Shown here: positions 10,741 to 21,032 of the stretch, one piece after another | How the letters are laid out: each line of letters starts with the position of its first letter | Numbering within the stretch: position 1 is the stretch's first letter | DNA from: Candidatus Poribacteria bacterium | GTDB taxonomy: Bacteria; Poribacteria; WGA-4E; UBA9662 | Reading direction: 5' to 3' | Length of the DNA: 64,000 nt | Assembly: GCA_036339735.1 (NCBI GenBank) | Contig: JAYZAL010000079.1 | Span: forward strand, 1 to 64,000 | The notes under the pieces: model-generated | What the model was told of the DNA's origin: nothing | The model's input: the letters and a program-made list of their open reading frames with translations, nothing else | Databases searched by the model: none | Translations under genes and position numbers: made by a program

Positions 10741-11451
10741 ATGAGAAGCACCCAACTTGCCACTGACCTAATTAACTACATTCGTCGTAATTTGCTAAAA
10801 ATCGTAGCGTTCCCACCACACCAACAGACAACTGCGCATTTGTGGAAACTGCGTAGTCACCTTCATGCTATTCACCATTTCAGCCAACAAGCGGAAGCTG
10901 ACGTTACATTCGTGGAATCGATTGATAATTTGCTAATAACTGGCGCTAATTATTGGAAATTGATTTCCGAAAACCAATCGGCTGTTACTAATCTCAAAGC
11001 TTATACCAAAGTGCGTACATTGTCGGCGGAAGCCGAAGGTTTAGTAAATTTAGAAGAACTCTTATCTGGTGAGGACACCTTACGCGATTTGATTATCAAT
11101 AGTGTAGCCTTTTTCCTGAATTGGAAGTCGAACACAATTTGGGTTGACAGTGCCAAAAGAAGCCATCAAGAACTAGCTCGAAATTTCATGATTGAAATTC
11201 AAGATCAGATTTGGAATTTCATTCGGGAGAGTGCAGATTTCACCGGTGAACCAGATTTAAGTAAAATTGACCAAATCCGAAGACGTGCTGATGGTTTCAT
11301 GCGACTTATACAAGATGAGGAGCTTTCTACTGAAGGACAAATTCTGCTCCTACTTCAGATTTATCATCTTTTATTGCAATTACAAACAGGAAAAATGCTT
11401 CTCAAATTAGAAGCAATAGCTAGTAACGATCAACCTATTAATTCAATCTGA
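10741..11451 (+). CDS. Hypothetical, probably all-alpha protein
   Basis: 236-aa ORF 16 bp after uvrB; no recognised motif. Confidence 0.7.
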   Translation: MRSTQLATDLINYIRRNLLKIVAFPPHQQTTAHLWKLRSHLHAIHHFSQQAEADVTFVESIDNLLITGANYWKLISENQSAVTNLKAYTKVRTLSAEAEGLVNLEELLSGEDTLRDLIINSVAFFLNWKSNTIWVDSAKRSHQELARNFMIEIQDQIWNFIRESADFTGEPDLSKIDQIRRRADGFMRLIQDEELSTEGQILLLLQIYHLLLQLQTGKMLLKLEAIASNDQPINSI

Positions 11452-11459
11452 GCTCTGAT

Positions 11460-12638
11460 TTAATCAGTTTTTATCGGCATGTTGGATGGATCATGAAACT
11501 GGGCTAGCAGTTTTTCTTGTCTATGCGTTAACTCATTTGGTAAGCGTACCTTGATTTTAACCAGAAGATCACCACTTCCTTTTTCCCCGTTTGACTTGGG
11601 AAGCCCATGACGTGGAATAGATAAGGTTTGTTCAGGTTGAATGCCAGGAGGTACTAGCAAATCAAGAGTATCGTCTAGTGTGTTAATCTTTACTCGAGTA
11701 CCCAAAATCGCTTGAGTGAAGTCTAGTTCTATTTGACAGATTAGGTGGTCCCCTTGCCGGGAAAATCGTTCATCAACAGCCTGACGAATGGTAAAATATA
11801 GGTTTCCATTCGAACCACCATTCAAACCACTCTTTCCATGATGAGCTATTTTTAAAACAGTTCCTTCTTGAATACCTGCACTAATATTGATACTAATTTG
11901 CCGCTTCTGTTCTATCATTCCCTTACCAGAACATTGATGGCAGAAATGATCAATAATGGAACTTGACCCCTGACAACTTGGGCAAATTTCTTTTACCTCG
12001 TAATCACCTTTCAAGCTGGAAATACTACCAGTTCCGCTGCATCTGTTACAGCGGCGAAGAATTGCCTGTTTTTGTGAGCCAGTACCCATACAATTTAGGC
12101 ATGTGTCATCGTAGGTAATAGGAACGGTCTTTTTTATGCCTTTAGCAATTTCTTGAATTGTGAGCTCAATATCTTGATATAAATCTCCCCCATTGATTGG
12201 TTTTGATTTTGGTTGAATGTTTGCATGGATTTGCTTCCGATTCCACCATTTAGGCGAATTCCGTTTCTTTTTAGTCTTTTTTGAATTACTTGATGTTAGT
12301 TTATGTTTTTCAGTGGTAGAAAACCCAAACCAACGTGGCAAAGTTAATGCCCCTCCGATGTTTCGTCGGGCCATTTTTTTGTTAGGAGGAGCAGTTGGAT
12401 TTGTTGTGGCGGATTTTCTAGTCGAACTGTTGAGGACTCTCTCTTGATCGAAGTTGCTACGAGTTTTAGAATTAGAAAGAATCGTGTAGGCCTCTGAAAT
12501 GAGCTGGAATTGAGCGTGGGCGTTCTGTTCGGAATTTTTGTCAGGGTGAAAACTAAGAGCTAAATCACGATAGGCTTTCTTGATCTCTGCTTCGGATGCT
12601 GTATGATCGAGGCCTAAAACTTGGTAGTAGTCAATCAT
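11460..12638 (-). CDS. dnaJ: DnaJ-family co-chaperone (J domain, Zn finger, C-terminal domain)
   Basis: HPD motif, four CxxCxGxG-type repeats, C-terminal substrate-binding domain; atypical basic linker, probably a paralogue. Confidence 0.85.
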   Translation of the reverse strand: MIDYYQVLGLDHTASEAEIKKAYRDLALSFHPDKNSEQNAHAQFQLISEAYTILSNSKTRSNFDQERVLNSSTRKSATTNPTAPPNKKMARRNIGGALTLPRWFGFSTTEKHKLTSSNSKKTKKKRNSPKWWNRKQIHANIQPKSKPINGGDLYQDIELTIQEIAKGIKKTVPITYDDTCLNCMGTGSQKQAILRRCNRCSGTGSISSLKGDYEVKEICPSCQGSSSIIDHFCHQCSGKGMIEQKRQISINISAGIQEGTVLKIAHHGKSGLNGGSNGNLYFTIRQAVDERFSRQGDHLICQIELDFTQAILGTRVKINTLDDTLDLLVPPGIQPEQTLSIPRHGLPKSNGEKGSGDLLVKIKVRLPNELTHRQEKLLAQFHDPSNMPIKTD

Positions 12639-13219
12639 AAAACTGTCAAGATACGATTCTGTATTTTAAAAAATCTGTAACCAACAACCTGATGTTACCT
12701 TTCAGGTATTTTCGTCTTGTTTTTGCATAATATACTATACTGAGTGCTTAAACTTATCATTATAGTAAGAGTAAGCATATACTCGGTTAGATAATGTAAC
12801 ATACAATGACGCCTGTCTTATGGAACTTTGATCTACTGTCAGCTATTATCATATCCCGTAATAAACTTTGCCTGAAATTCATCCTCAAAGATAATTTTTC
12901 CTGTTTTCGTGTATCTAATCTTACTTTTGAAGTTCAGTGATCGTTTCTGTTTTTCAGATGTCTGTCAAGATAACTCAAGTACCCACTTGTACCGCTTGTA
13001 TGTAAACTAATTGATGCGCTAGTATACAATCCTCAGCAATAGAAGTAAAAATGATTCGACTGATTTCATATTTCTATTTCAATTTTTTGCCGATATGCTA
13101 GAATGTTTTCTGCAAAATTACCATTCTGCTGGTTTTTATATTGGTAATTTACTCTTCTTTTCTTTATAGATAGATCATTTTTTCACTCTAGATTTTGGCT
13201 AAAATTGAAGGAAGAATTT

Positions 13220-14557
13220 ATGAGACCAAATATAATATTTTCGATGTGCGATGACCAGCGATATGACTGTATGAGTTGTGCAGATCATCCATTTATTGCC
13301 ACACCAAATATGGATCGGCTAGCAGAAGAAGGAGTCCGATTTACTAATGGATTCACGGGGATTCCGCTTTGTGCTCCTAGCCGAGCGACCCATTTGACGG
13401 GGCTCTATCCTCATCAGCATGGTGTGATACATAATCGTGCTCAACTCAAGACTGAAGTAGACACCTGGCCAGAACTATTGCAAAAGGCCGGTTATCGAAC
13501 TGGTTTTTTTGGCAAAATTCACTACAGCACTACTACTCAACCTAGTGGAATGCCCCAAGCTGGTTTTGACCGATGGGTTAGTTTTCAAGGACAAGGTGAA
13601 TACAATGACCCAATACTAATTGTTGATGGTGAATCTATCAGACACCAAGGTTATAATACTGATCTTCTAGCTGATTACGCCAACCGATTCATTATGAACG
13701 AAGATGAGCGGCCTTGGGCGATTTGTATTTGGTTTAAGGCACCTCATGGACCATTCACGCCACCTTCTAGGTATGCTGATAGTTATGCAGATGCCGAATT
13801 AGATTTACCAAAGGCTTTTAATGCGTCTACAATTGGTAAACCATTGTCCCTGAGGACGGGAAAACCAATGGGACATGAGCACGGATGGTATCCGGACGGA
13901 ACATTCATTCGAGACAAATATTGGGACCAATTTATGCGTGATTACGTCCGAACTGTTCAGGGTGTGGACGATGCATTAGGTTCTCTGCTGAATACTCTTG
14001 ATCAAAATGGATTAACCGAGAATACTATGGTTATCCACACTAGTGATCATGGTTATTTTCACGGTGAATTTGGTTTAGCTGACAAGCGTTGGATGTACGA
14101 TCCCTCAATTCGTATTCCCTATTTGATTCGCTATCCAAATTTAGTTCGGTCTGTTGGACAAAATGTTGATGATCTGGTCCTAAGCCTTGATATTCCGGCT
14201 ACTATTATGGACTTTTGTGGCTTAGGTGTTCCGGACAATTACCAAGGATATTCGCTACGGCCTCTTTTGATTAAAGATGGAAAATGGAATCGTCAGAATG
14301 TTTTTATTGAATACTTTGAAGATCCTCCGTTCCCAGACATACCCTCAACGCTTTGTCTTAGGACACAAACAAGAAAATTAATCCGTTACCTTCGTTCGGA
14401 TGAAGGAGACGAGTTTTATGCTTTAGATCAAGATCCAGAAGAGCGACATAACGTTATAAACGAGCCAAATTATGCAGCACAAGTGGAAAATCTGCAAAGA
14501 CAACTTGATTCAGCCAAGTTCCGCTACAACTTTGCTCAACCAGAATCAATAAGATGA
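13220..14557 (+). CDS. Cys-type formylglycine sulfatase
   Basis: RPNIIF..DDQR, CAPSRA, GKIH, SDHG, DKR. Confidence 0.93.
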   Translation: MRPNIIFSMCDDQRYDCMSCADHPFIATPNMDRLAEEGVRFTNGFTGIPLCAPSRATHLTGLYPHQHGVIHNRAQLKTEVDTWPELLQKAGYRTGFFGKIHYSTTTQPSGMPQAGFDRWVSFQGQGEYNDPILIVDGESIRHQGYNTDLLADYANRFIMNEDERPWAICIWFKAPHGPFTPPSRYADSYADAELDLPKAFNASTIGKPLSLRTGKPMGHEHGWYPDGTFIRDKYWDQFMRDYVRTVQGVDDALGSLLNTLDQNGLTENTMVIHTSDHGYFHGEFGLADKRWMYDPSIRIPYLIRYPNLVRSVGQNVDDLVLSLDIPATIMDFCGLGVPDNYQGYSLRPLLIKDGKWNRQNVFIEYFEDPPFPDIPSTLCLRTQTRKLIRYLRSDEGDEFYALDQDPEERHNVINEPNYAAQVENLQRQLDSAKFRYNFAQPESIR

Positions 14558-14733
14558 ATGTAGTTAAATCTTAAAACGACAAAATATTATCTTGAATATT
14601 TCTACAATTTTACATTATTTAGAAACACCGGAATGTGCTTCTTAAACTACCGTTGAATTCTGTTTAGCTAACAATTACAATCGGAAGTATGAGACTTAAT
14701 AAGACATATACAATAAATAAGTAGGATCTGCGT

Positions 14734-16044
14734 TTGGATACACCAAATATTGTTATAATTTTGACTGACGATCTTGGGTATGGTGATCTATCTTGTCAGG
14801 GGCATCCTCTCATTCGTACTCCGAATATTGATCAAATGGCAAATAATGGCCAACGTTGGACGTCTTTTTACGCTTCTAGTCCTCTTTGCAATCCCAGTCG
14901 AGTTGCTTTGATGACAGGTCGCTTGCCCATTCGTATTAATGGTAGTAGGAAAAATTCATGGGCTGATTTACCTTACTCAGAAATGACTATTGCTGATTTA
15001 CTTAAGCAGAAAAAGTATGCTACTTGTTATGTCGGTAAGTGGGGGTTGTGTGATAGTTTTGAGACAGGTGGGCGACACCCAAATGATGCTGGTTTTGACC
15101 GATTTTACGGCTTAGTAGGTAGTAATGACGCACCACTCAGAAATGGTTTGAATCGAACGTATGATAATATCAAGCATGCTAGTAGTCAAGATTTCCCGAT
15201 TTCGTTATATTCTCAAAGAAAAGTTATTGAAAATCCTGTCTGGCAGCCAACTTTGACCCAACGTTACACAAAAGAATCTGTCTCTTGGATTAAACAACGG
15301 GCCGAGAGAGACGAACCTTTTTTTCTATTTTTATCTCACACTATGCCGCATGTGCCGATCTTTTCGTCCCCTAATTTTGAAAACCATAGCCAAGCTGGTT
15401 TGTATGGTGATGTGATCGAAGAAATTGATTGGTCCGTAGGTCAAATCACCACAACTTTAGAGCAATCTGGATTAGCTGAAAATACCTTGGTTGTTTTTAC
15501 TAGTGATAATGGACCTTGGTTGACGTATTACGATTTGGCTGGCACTCCTGGTCCTTGGAGGGATGGTAAAATCACTGCTTGGGAAGGTGGTTTTCGAGTC
15601 CCGGCCATTTTCTGGTGGCCTAGAACCATTCAACCCAGCGTAGTTTCTGGAATTGGGGTCAATATCGACTTGATAAAGACTATTTCTACGATAACTCATA
15701 CTAATTTGCCTAAATATCGTTATTTTGACGCTATAGACTTGGCGCCAACGTTGTTGTTGGGTGAGCCAAGTCCTCGTCAGCAATGGTTTTTCTATGGTCA
15801 ACCAGGCAATCTATGGGCAGCCCGATCAGAAAATTATAAACTCGTGCTGGAATCATGGGAATCACTGGGACGTGAAGAAGAAAGAGGTTGGCGTGGGTAC
15901 GACAATCATAAAAAACATAACCCACCATTGTTGTTTGACATTAGTACTGATACTGCCGAACGTTATGATATTGCAAGTAAAAAACCCGATGTTATCGCGC
16001 GAATCCAGTCGATTATCAAACAGCATCAACAATCATTAATCTGA
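14734..16044 (+). CDS. Cys-type sulfatase (arylsulfatase A-like)
   Basis: PNIVIILTDDLGYGD, CNPSRVALMTGR, SDNGPW, WEGGFRVP. Confidence 0.93.
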   Translation: MDTPNIVIILTDDLGYGDLSCQGHPLIRTPNIDQMANNGQRWTSFYASSPLCNPSRVALMTGRLPIRINGSRKNSWADLPYSEMTIADLLKQKKYATCYVGKWGLCDSFETGGRHPNDAGFDRFYGLVGSNDAPLRNGLNRTYDNIKHASSQDFPISLYSQRKVIENPVWQPTLTQRYTKESVSWIKQRAERDEPFFLFLSHTMPHVPIFSSPNFENHSQAGLYGDVIEEIDWSVGQITTTLEQSGLAENTLVVFTSDNGPWLTYYDLAGTPGPWRDGKITAWEGGFRVPAIFWWPRTIQPSVVSGIGVNIDLIKTISTITHTNLPKYRYFDAIDLAPTLLLGEPSPRQQWFFYGQPGNLWAARSENYKLVLESWESLGREEERGWRGYDNHKKHNPPLLFDISTDTAERYDIASKKPDVIARIQSIIKQHQQSLI

Positions 16045-16517
16045 ATCGATATAGTAGATAACTTTTGATTATCAGCATGATAAACGAAACTACCTGTGAT
16101 TAGTTGTTGGTTTAAAACAAGAGGTAACCAATAACTAGCATCCGCCCACATTTGATCATAGGGAATTTCAGAAACTGAAAACCATAAAGGCTGAATTTCT
16201 TCAGTTTCATGTGCTATACCGGACCAACTTTCTGCCACGAACACTTTGACTAAATGATTCCAAGCTGGTTGTGCTGGAAATTTGAAGTCTAATTTAGCTC
16301 TTAAAAGCAGATCATCCAGTTTAACTGACAATCTTGATTCTTCCATTAATTCTCTAGCCGTTGCTTCGAGCGCTGTTTCACCTACTTCAATGCCACCTCC
16401 AATACCCACGATCTTGCCTTTACCGAAACCTACTTTCTTAATTGCTAACAATACGTCAGTTATTTGACCTGTTTCGTTGTTGGCACAAAATGGTAAGCAA
16501 AGGGTTGCGTGCCTCAT
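16026..16517 (-). CDS. NUDIX hydrolase, 8-oxo-dGTP diphosphatase (MTH1-like)
   Basis: KKVGFGKG..GGGIEVGET...RELMEES, P.WF..IPYDQMW.D..WLP. Confidence 0.85.
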   Translation of the reverse strand: MRHATLCLPFCANNETGQITDVLLAIKKVGFGKGKIVGIGGGIEVGETALEATARELMEESRLSVKLDDLLLRAKLDFKFPAQPAWNHLVKVFVAESWSGIAHETEEIQPLWFSVSEIPYDQMWADASYWLPLVLNQQLITGSFVYHADNQKLSTISIQINDC

Positions 16518-16547
16518 GAATTATCTTTCGGTAACCATTATCAAAAA

Positions 16548-19500
16548 CTATTGGCGAGAGATAACTTCATGTAGATTAAGAACGGTACGAGCTACTGAGG
16601 TCCAAGCAGCTAAATCGCTTTCGTTTAAACCTAAAACGGTCTCTTTCTCTCCAGACGAAGCTAATAATTGAGCTGCTTCCTTATCTTTTTCAAAATCATT
16701 TTGATGCTGATTAAACAGGGCCAAAACTATAGATTGCTCTGTTAAGGAAGCAGGACGCGACAATGCTCTCTGAAAAGCCCAATTAATTCGTTCTTTGGCT
16801 GACAATTTTTTCTGATTTAAAATATCTTCAGCAAAAACCCGGGCTGATTCAACGTAGCTTGGGTCATTGAGTAGAGTCAAGGCTTGAATAGGTGTATTCG
16901 AATTAGGTCTTTCAGCGGTACATTCTTGCCGACTTGGAGCATCGAAGGCCATCATGCTTGGATGTGGAAATGTCCTCTGCCAATGGGTGTACATCCCCCT
17001 GCGATATTGTTTCTCACCAGATTGATGTTGATATACTCGTTTAGGGAAATTTAGATTGGCATAGTAGCCCTTAGGCTGATAGGGCTTGACACTTGGACCT
17101 CCAATATCTCGGACTAATAATCCGCTGACAGCCAGAGCATTATCCCGAATGACCTCAGCATTGAAACGGAATCGCGACTGGCGAGCCAATAATCGATTGA
17201 AAGGATCTCGATCTTTTAGTTCCATTCTAAATGCAGATACCTGCTGGTAGGTTTGTGAGGATACAATTTTTTTGACTAGATGTTTAATATCCCAACCACT
17301 ATCAACGAACTCGACTGCTAACCAGTCTAGTAGTTCCGGGTGAAATGGAGATTCACCTTGTGCTCCCAGATCATCTAACACTTTAGAGATCCCAGTACCG
17401 AAAAATAGATACCATAAGCGGTTGACGAAAACACGAGCAGTCATTGGATTTCTTCCAGATACTAACCAGTTTGCCAAGTCCAGTCGAGTCAGGCGTTCTT
17501 CGGGAGATTTTTGTGGAATAGATGGTAAAAAGTGAGGTGTGTCGGGTGTCACGATTGAGCCAGAATCGTCCATCCAATTCCCGCGAGGTAGAACCCGAAT
17601 AGTCCGCGGTTCAACTGACTCAACAGACAACGAATAAGGTACTGATTCGATCAGTCTTTCCTTGTCTAAATTCAATTTTTTGATTCTATCTCTTAGTGAT
17701 TTTAGCTCTGGAGCAACTGTACGATAGTAGTCAGACAGTTGTTGTTTCTGTTCCTTTGTAGTTATTTTTTCCGACTGCAAAATGGACAAGATTTCTTCCG
17801 GATGGGTAGCCTGAGTTTGACTAGCAACGGTGGTATGAATTCCAGCTTTGTCCCAGTAGGCTAATCCTCCAAACTGTACAAATGATAACCCACTGAGCTT
17901 GCTACCAGCTTTTAGACCAACTGATTGTGGATCGACCTCTAGGCGAATCCATGTTGCCTTAGACGGTAATTCACCCATAAATCGGTGGTCAGGCTGATTA
18001 CTACCAATACGGCCAAACCCTATTTTATCGGCGCCCCAAAATGCTCGATGGTTCCAATCACCATCGTTGAACTGGAGCATTAAAGTTTCTGGTGGATCGT
18101 TTGGGTCCAGCCAAATATAGGCGAAGAACATATCGCTATCGCTAATAGTGAATGTCTTTTCAGCATTGTGGAAATAGTGTTGTAGTGTCCCATTTCCACT
18201 TTGTAATCGTGAAAACTGGCCACTGTAAACAGGGGCTTTATCTTTTTCAACAAATTGCCATTTTCCATTTGTGCTACCACCATTATCTTGTTGATCATCA
18301 ACCCAAGAAAAATCAGTGGCTTGATCAGAATTTAGATTTTTCAGCGTCCGTTTTTGCCATTCTGTTTGGGATGTAGATAATTCCGGATGCGGTCCTTGAA
18401 ATTGCGCTTTAGTGCTTTTTATCTCTTGGGTTAATTGGTCATGTTCTGCCTGCTGGTGTTGATCCAAAATGCGTACAATTGGTTCGCGTTTACTGTTACC
18501 ACCATAGACACCAACCTCCTTTATATCAGCAAAAAAAGCAGAAAAACGATAGAAATCTTTAATTGTATAAGGGTCAAACTTGTGATCGTGGCACTGGGCA
18601 CAACTCATAGTTGCACCCATCCAAACTGAAGCTGTTGTACGAACTCGATCGGCAGAGTAAATGGCCAGATATTCCTTGGCTTGGGCCCCTCCTTCAGCAG
18701 TAGTTTGATTAAGCCGATTATATCCAGCAGCTACTTTTTGCCTAGTAGTTGGATTTTCAAGAAGGTCGCCGGCTAAATTTTCTCGTGTAAACTGGTCAAA
18801 AGGCATGTTTTCGTTGAAGGCTTTAATCACGTAGTCTCGATAAGGCCAGATACTGATATCCTCGTCTGAATGGTACCCCGTCGTATCAGCATAACGAACT
18901 AGATCTAGCCAGTAGAGAGCCATCCGCTCGCCATAATGAGGAGAAGCCAATAGTTGGTCAACAACTTTCTCGTAGGCCTCAGGACTTTTATCTTCTATAA
19001 ATGCTTTTACTTCTGTATAATCCGGTGGTAATCCCGTGAGATCGAAGCTCAACCGCCGAATCAACGTCGAACGATCTGCTCTTGGAGATGGGGCTATCGT
19101 CTCATTTTCTAGACGATTCAAGACAAACGAATCGACTTCATTTTTGAGCCAAGACTTATCTTTGACTTTTGGTAGTAGCGGACGAGATGGAGGGTTATAA
19201 AGCCAATGATCTTCCCAATTAGCACCTTCCTCAATCCACTGGGCTAGTAGTTCTCGGTCTTCGCTGGTCAATTTACGATTGTAACTAGCTGGAGGCATTC
19301 GTTGGCTAGTGTCACCAGCATTAATACGTTGAATTAAAAGGCTTTCGCTAGGTTTATGGGGAATGATGACCGGATTTTCTTGTCTGTCAAAGGCACCAGC
19401 TTTTGTATCCAGCCTTAGGTTTGCTTGGCGTTGTTTCGCATCAGGCCCATGGCATGCGTAACATTTATCAGATAGAATTGGCCTAATATCGCGATCGAAT

Positions 19501-19601
19501 CGTATTTTTTTTTCTTGTACTGCTAGCAACGTCAGAGAAGCAAAGAAAAACATAAATAGAACTAAAAACCGGCTGAAATTCTGAAAAGAACATACCTTCA
19601 T
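16548..19601 (-). CDS. PSD1/planctomycete cytochrome c domain protein (PSCyt1, DUF1549, DUF1553)
   Basis: Signal peptide, CYACHGPD, CAQCHDHKFDP, HPELLDWLA, NTPIQALTLLND. Confidence 0.92.
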   Translation of the reverse strand: MKVCSFQNFSRFLVLFMFFFASLTLLAVQEKKIRFDRDIRPILSDKCYACHGPDAKQRQANLRLDTKAGAFDRQENPVIIPHKPSESLLIQRINAGDTSQRMPPASYNRKLTSEDRELLAQWIEEGANWEDHWLYNPPSRPLLPKVKDKSWLKNEVDSFVLNRLENETIAPSPRADRSTLIRRLSFDLTGLPPDYTEVKAFIEDKSPEAYEKVVDQLLASPHYGERMALYWLDLVRYADTTGYHSDEDISIWPYRDYVIKAFNENMPFDQFTRENLAGDLLENPTTRQKVAAGYNRLNQTTAEGGAQAKEYLAIYSADRVRTTASVWMGATMSCAQCHDHKFDPYTIKDFYRFSAFFADIKEVGVYGGNSKREPIVRILDQHQQAEHDQLTQEIKSTKAQFQGPHPELSTSQTEWQKRTLKNLNSDQATDFSWVDDQQDNGGSTNGKWQFVEKDKAPVYSGQFSRLQSGNGTLQHYFHNAEKTFTISDSDMFFAYIWLDPNDPPETLMLQFNDGDWNHRAFWGADKIGFGRIGSNQPDHRFMGELPSKATWIRLEVDPQSVGLKAGSKLSGLSFVQFGGLAYWDKAGIHTTVASQTQATHPEEILSILQSEKITTKEQKQQLSDYYRTVAPELKSLRDRIKKLNLDKERLIESVPYSLSVESVEPRTIRVLPRGNWMDDSGSIVTPDTPHFLPSIPQKSPEERLTRLDLANWLVSGRNPMTARVFVNRLWYLFFGTGISKVLDDLGAQGESPFHPELLDWLAVEFVDSGWDIKHLVKKIVSSQTYQQVSAFRMELKDRDPFNRLLARQSRFRFNAEVIRDNALAVSGLLVRDIGGPSVKPYQPKGYYANLNFPKRVYQHQSGEKQYRRGMYTHWQRTFPHPSMMAFDAPSRQECTAERPNSNTPIQALTLLNDPSYVESARVFAEDILNQKKLSAKERINWAFQRALSRPASLTEQSIVLALFNQHQNDFEKDKEAAQLLASSGEKETVLGLNESDLAAWTSVARTVLNLHEVISRQ

Positions 19602-19635
19602 AGTTATCCCCTTCTTAACTATTTTCTTTCTATTT

Positions 19636-20859
19636 TTATTGCCGTCGCCTTTTTCTCCTAGGCCGTTTGGTTGGTTGATTCTTACTGGCTCTTCTTTTTT
19701 GCATTACGGCCATAATAGAAGCAGCTGGTTGGCCTCGTTCTAGAGCTGCGGCCATCAACTTCATGGGTTGATCAATATGATTAAAAAAGTGCCGGTACCC
19801 TTGGCACAAATAATTGAGACCGTCTTCACCATCCGGTGTTTTGATAAATCGGTTTTTAGGACATCCACCATTGCACATAAACTTAACTTCACAATCCAAA
19901 CAGTACTGAGGCAATGTATCCTTTTTATCATTACCAAATTTAATCTGAAAATCAGATTCTATCAACTCTTGCATGGTTTGATGGTTGATATTACCAACTA
20001 AGTATTCAGGCTCAACATAATGATCACAGCTGTATAAATCTCCGTTATGCTCCAGTGCTAAGGCACTACCACAAGTTTCATTAAATATGCAGAGGCTTGG
20101 ATTGTAGCCCAACCAAGCTTCTAGTGCGATATCAAAAATCTGGACAAAAATTTTGCCAATATCTTTCTGTACCCACTCATCAAAAATAGCTGATAAAAAT
20201 TGGCCGTATTGTTTTGCTCCAACAGAGCGAGGGGAAACTTGATCACCGTCTCCAAAGTGCTCAACAATTGGAATAAACTGCATGTATTCAACATCCAATG
20301 ACTTAATATAGTTGTAGACCTCAACAGGTTTCTGAGCATTACACTCATTAACAACGCATAGGATATTATAGTCAACCTGATGGGCTTGGAGGCAGCGTAT
20401 GCCATCCACAACCTGCTGATGTGACGGACGTCCTTGTTTATCAAATCGATATTTGTCATGCAAATTTGGTGGACCATCCAAGCTAATTCCAACCAAAAAT
20501 TTATGCTTTTTGAGAAAGGTTGCCCAGTCATCGTTTAATAATGTTCCGTTGGTTTGTAACGTGTTTTGGATGGTCATCCCACGTCGCTTATACTGTTTTT
20601 GATAAGCAACGACTTTTTCAAAAAAACGTAGCCCCATCAGTGTAGGCTCCCCACCCTGAAAGGCAAAAACTACCTCATTCGTTGGTTGAGCTTCGATGTA
20701 GCCACGTACATAATTTTCTAAGACTTCATCGGTCATCCGGAAAGACTTTGTTTCTGGGTATAAATCTTCTTTTTTCAGGTAAAAACAGTATTCACAGTCT
20801 AGGTTACAAATAGGACCAATTGGCTTGGTCATCACATGAAAGGGTTGCTGAGTTTTCAC
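19636..20859 (-). CDS. Anaerobic sulfatase maturase (radical SAM/SPASM, anSME family)
   Basis: CNLDCEYC, QGGEPTL, YSCDHY, C..C.....C.GGCPK; GTG start. Confidence 0.93.
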   Translation of the reverse strand: MKTQQPFHVMTKPIGPICNLDCEYCFYLKKEDLYPETKSFRMTDEVLENYVRGYIEAQPTNEVVFAFQGGEPTLMGLRFFEKVVAYQKQYKRRGMTIQNTLQTNGTLLNDDWATFLKKHKFLVGISLDGPPNLHDKYRFDKQGRPSHQQVVDGIRCLQAHQVDYNILCVVNECNAQKPVEVYNYIKSLDVEYMQFIPIVEHFGDGDQVSPRSVGAKQYGQFLSAIFDEWVQKDIGKIFVQIFDIALEAWLGYNPSLCIFNETCGSALALEHNGDLYSCDHYVEPEYLVGNINHQTMQELIESDFQIKFGNDKKDTLPQYCLDCEVKFMCNGGCPKNRFIKTPDGEDGLNYLCQGYRHFFNHIDQPMKLMAAALERGQPAASIMAVMQKRRASKNQPTKRPRRKRRRQ

Positions 20860-20902
20860 TTTTTTTGATTCAATTCAAATATTTAATTTTTTAGTTGGTG
20901 AG

Positions 20903-20931
20903 AATATATCAAATATCAAGTAAGACTGCAA
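20903..20931 (-). promoter_or_regulatory. Sigma-70 promoter for anSME-PSD1-NUDIX
   Basis: TTGCAG-17bp-TATATT with extended TG. Confidence 0.55.
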
Positions 20932-21032
20932 ATAACAATCTCTTGATAATTTTTCTTACTTCATTGACTGAATTAAGTCTATAGGAACTAAACACATTTG
21001 GTCAGGAAATAAATGTTTTTAGCGATACTGTT

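Noticed and set aside
12724-12750. Full CIRCE upstream of dnaJ
   Set aside because: Only one arm matches
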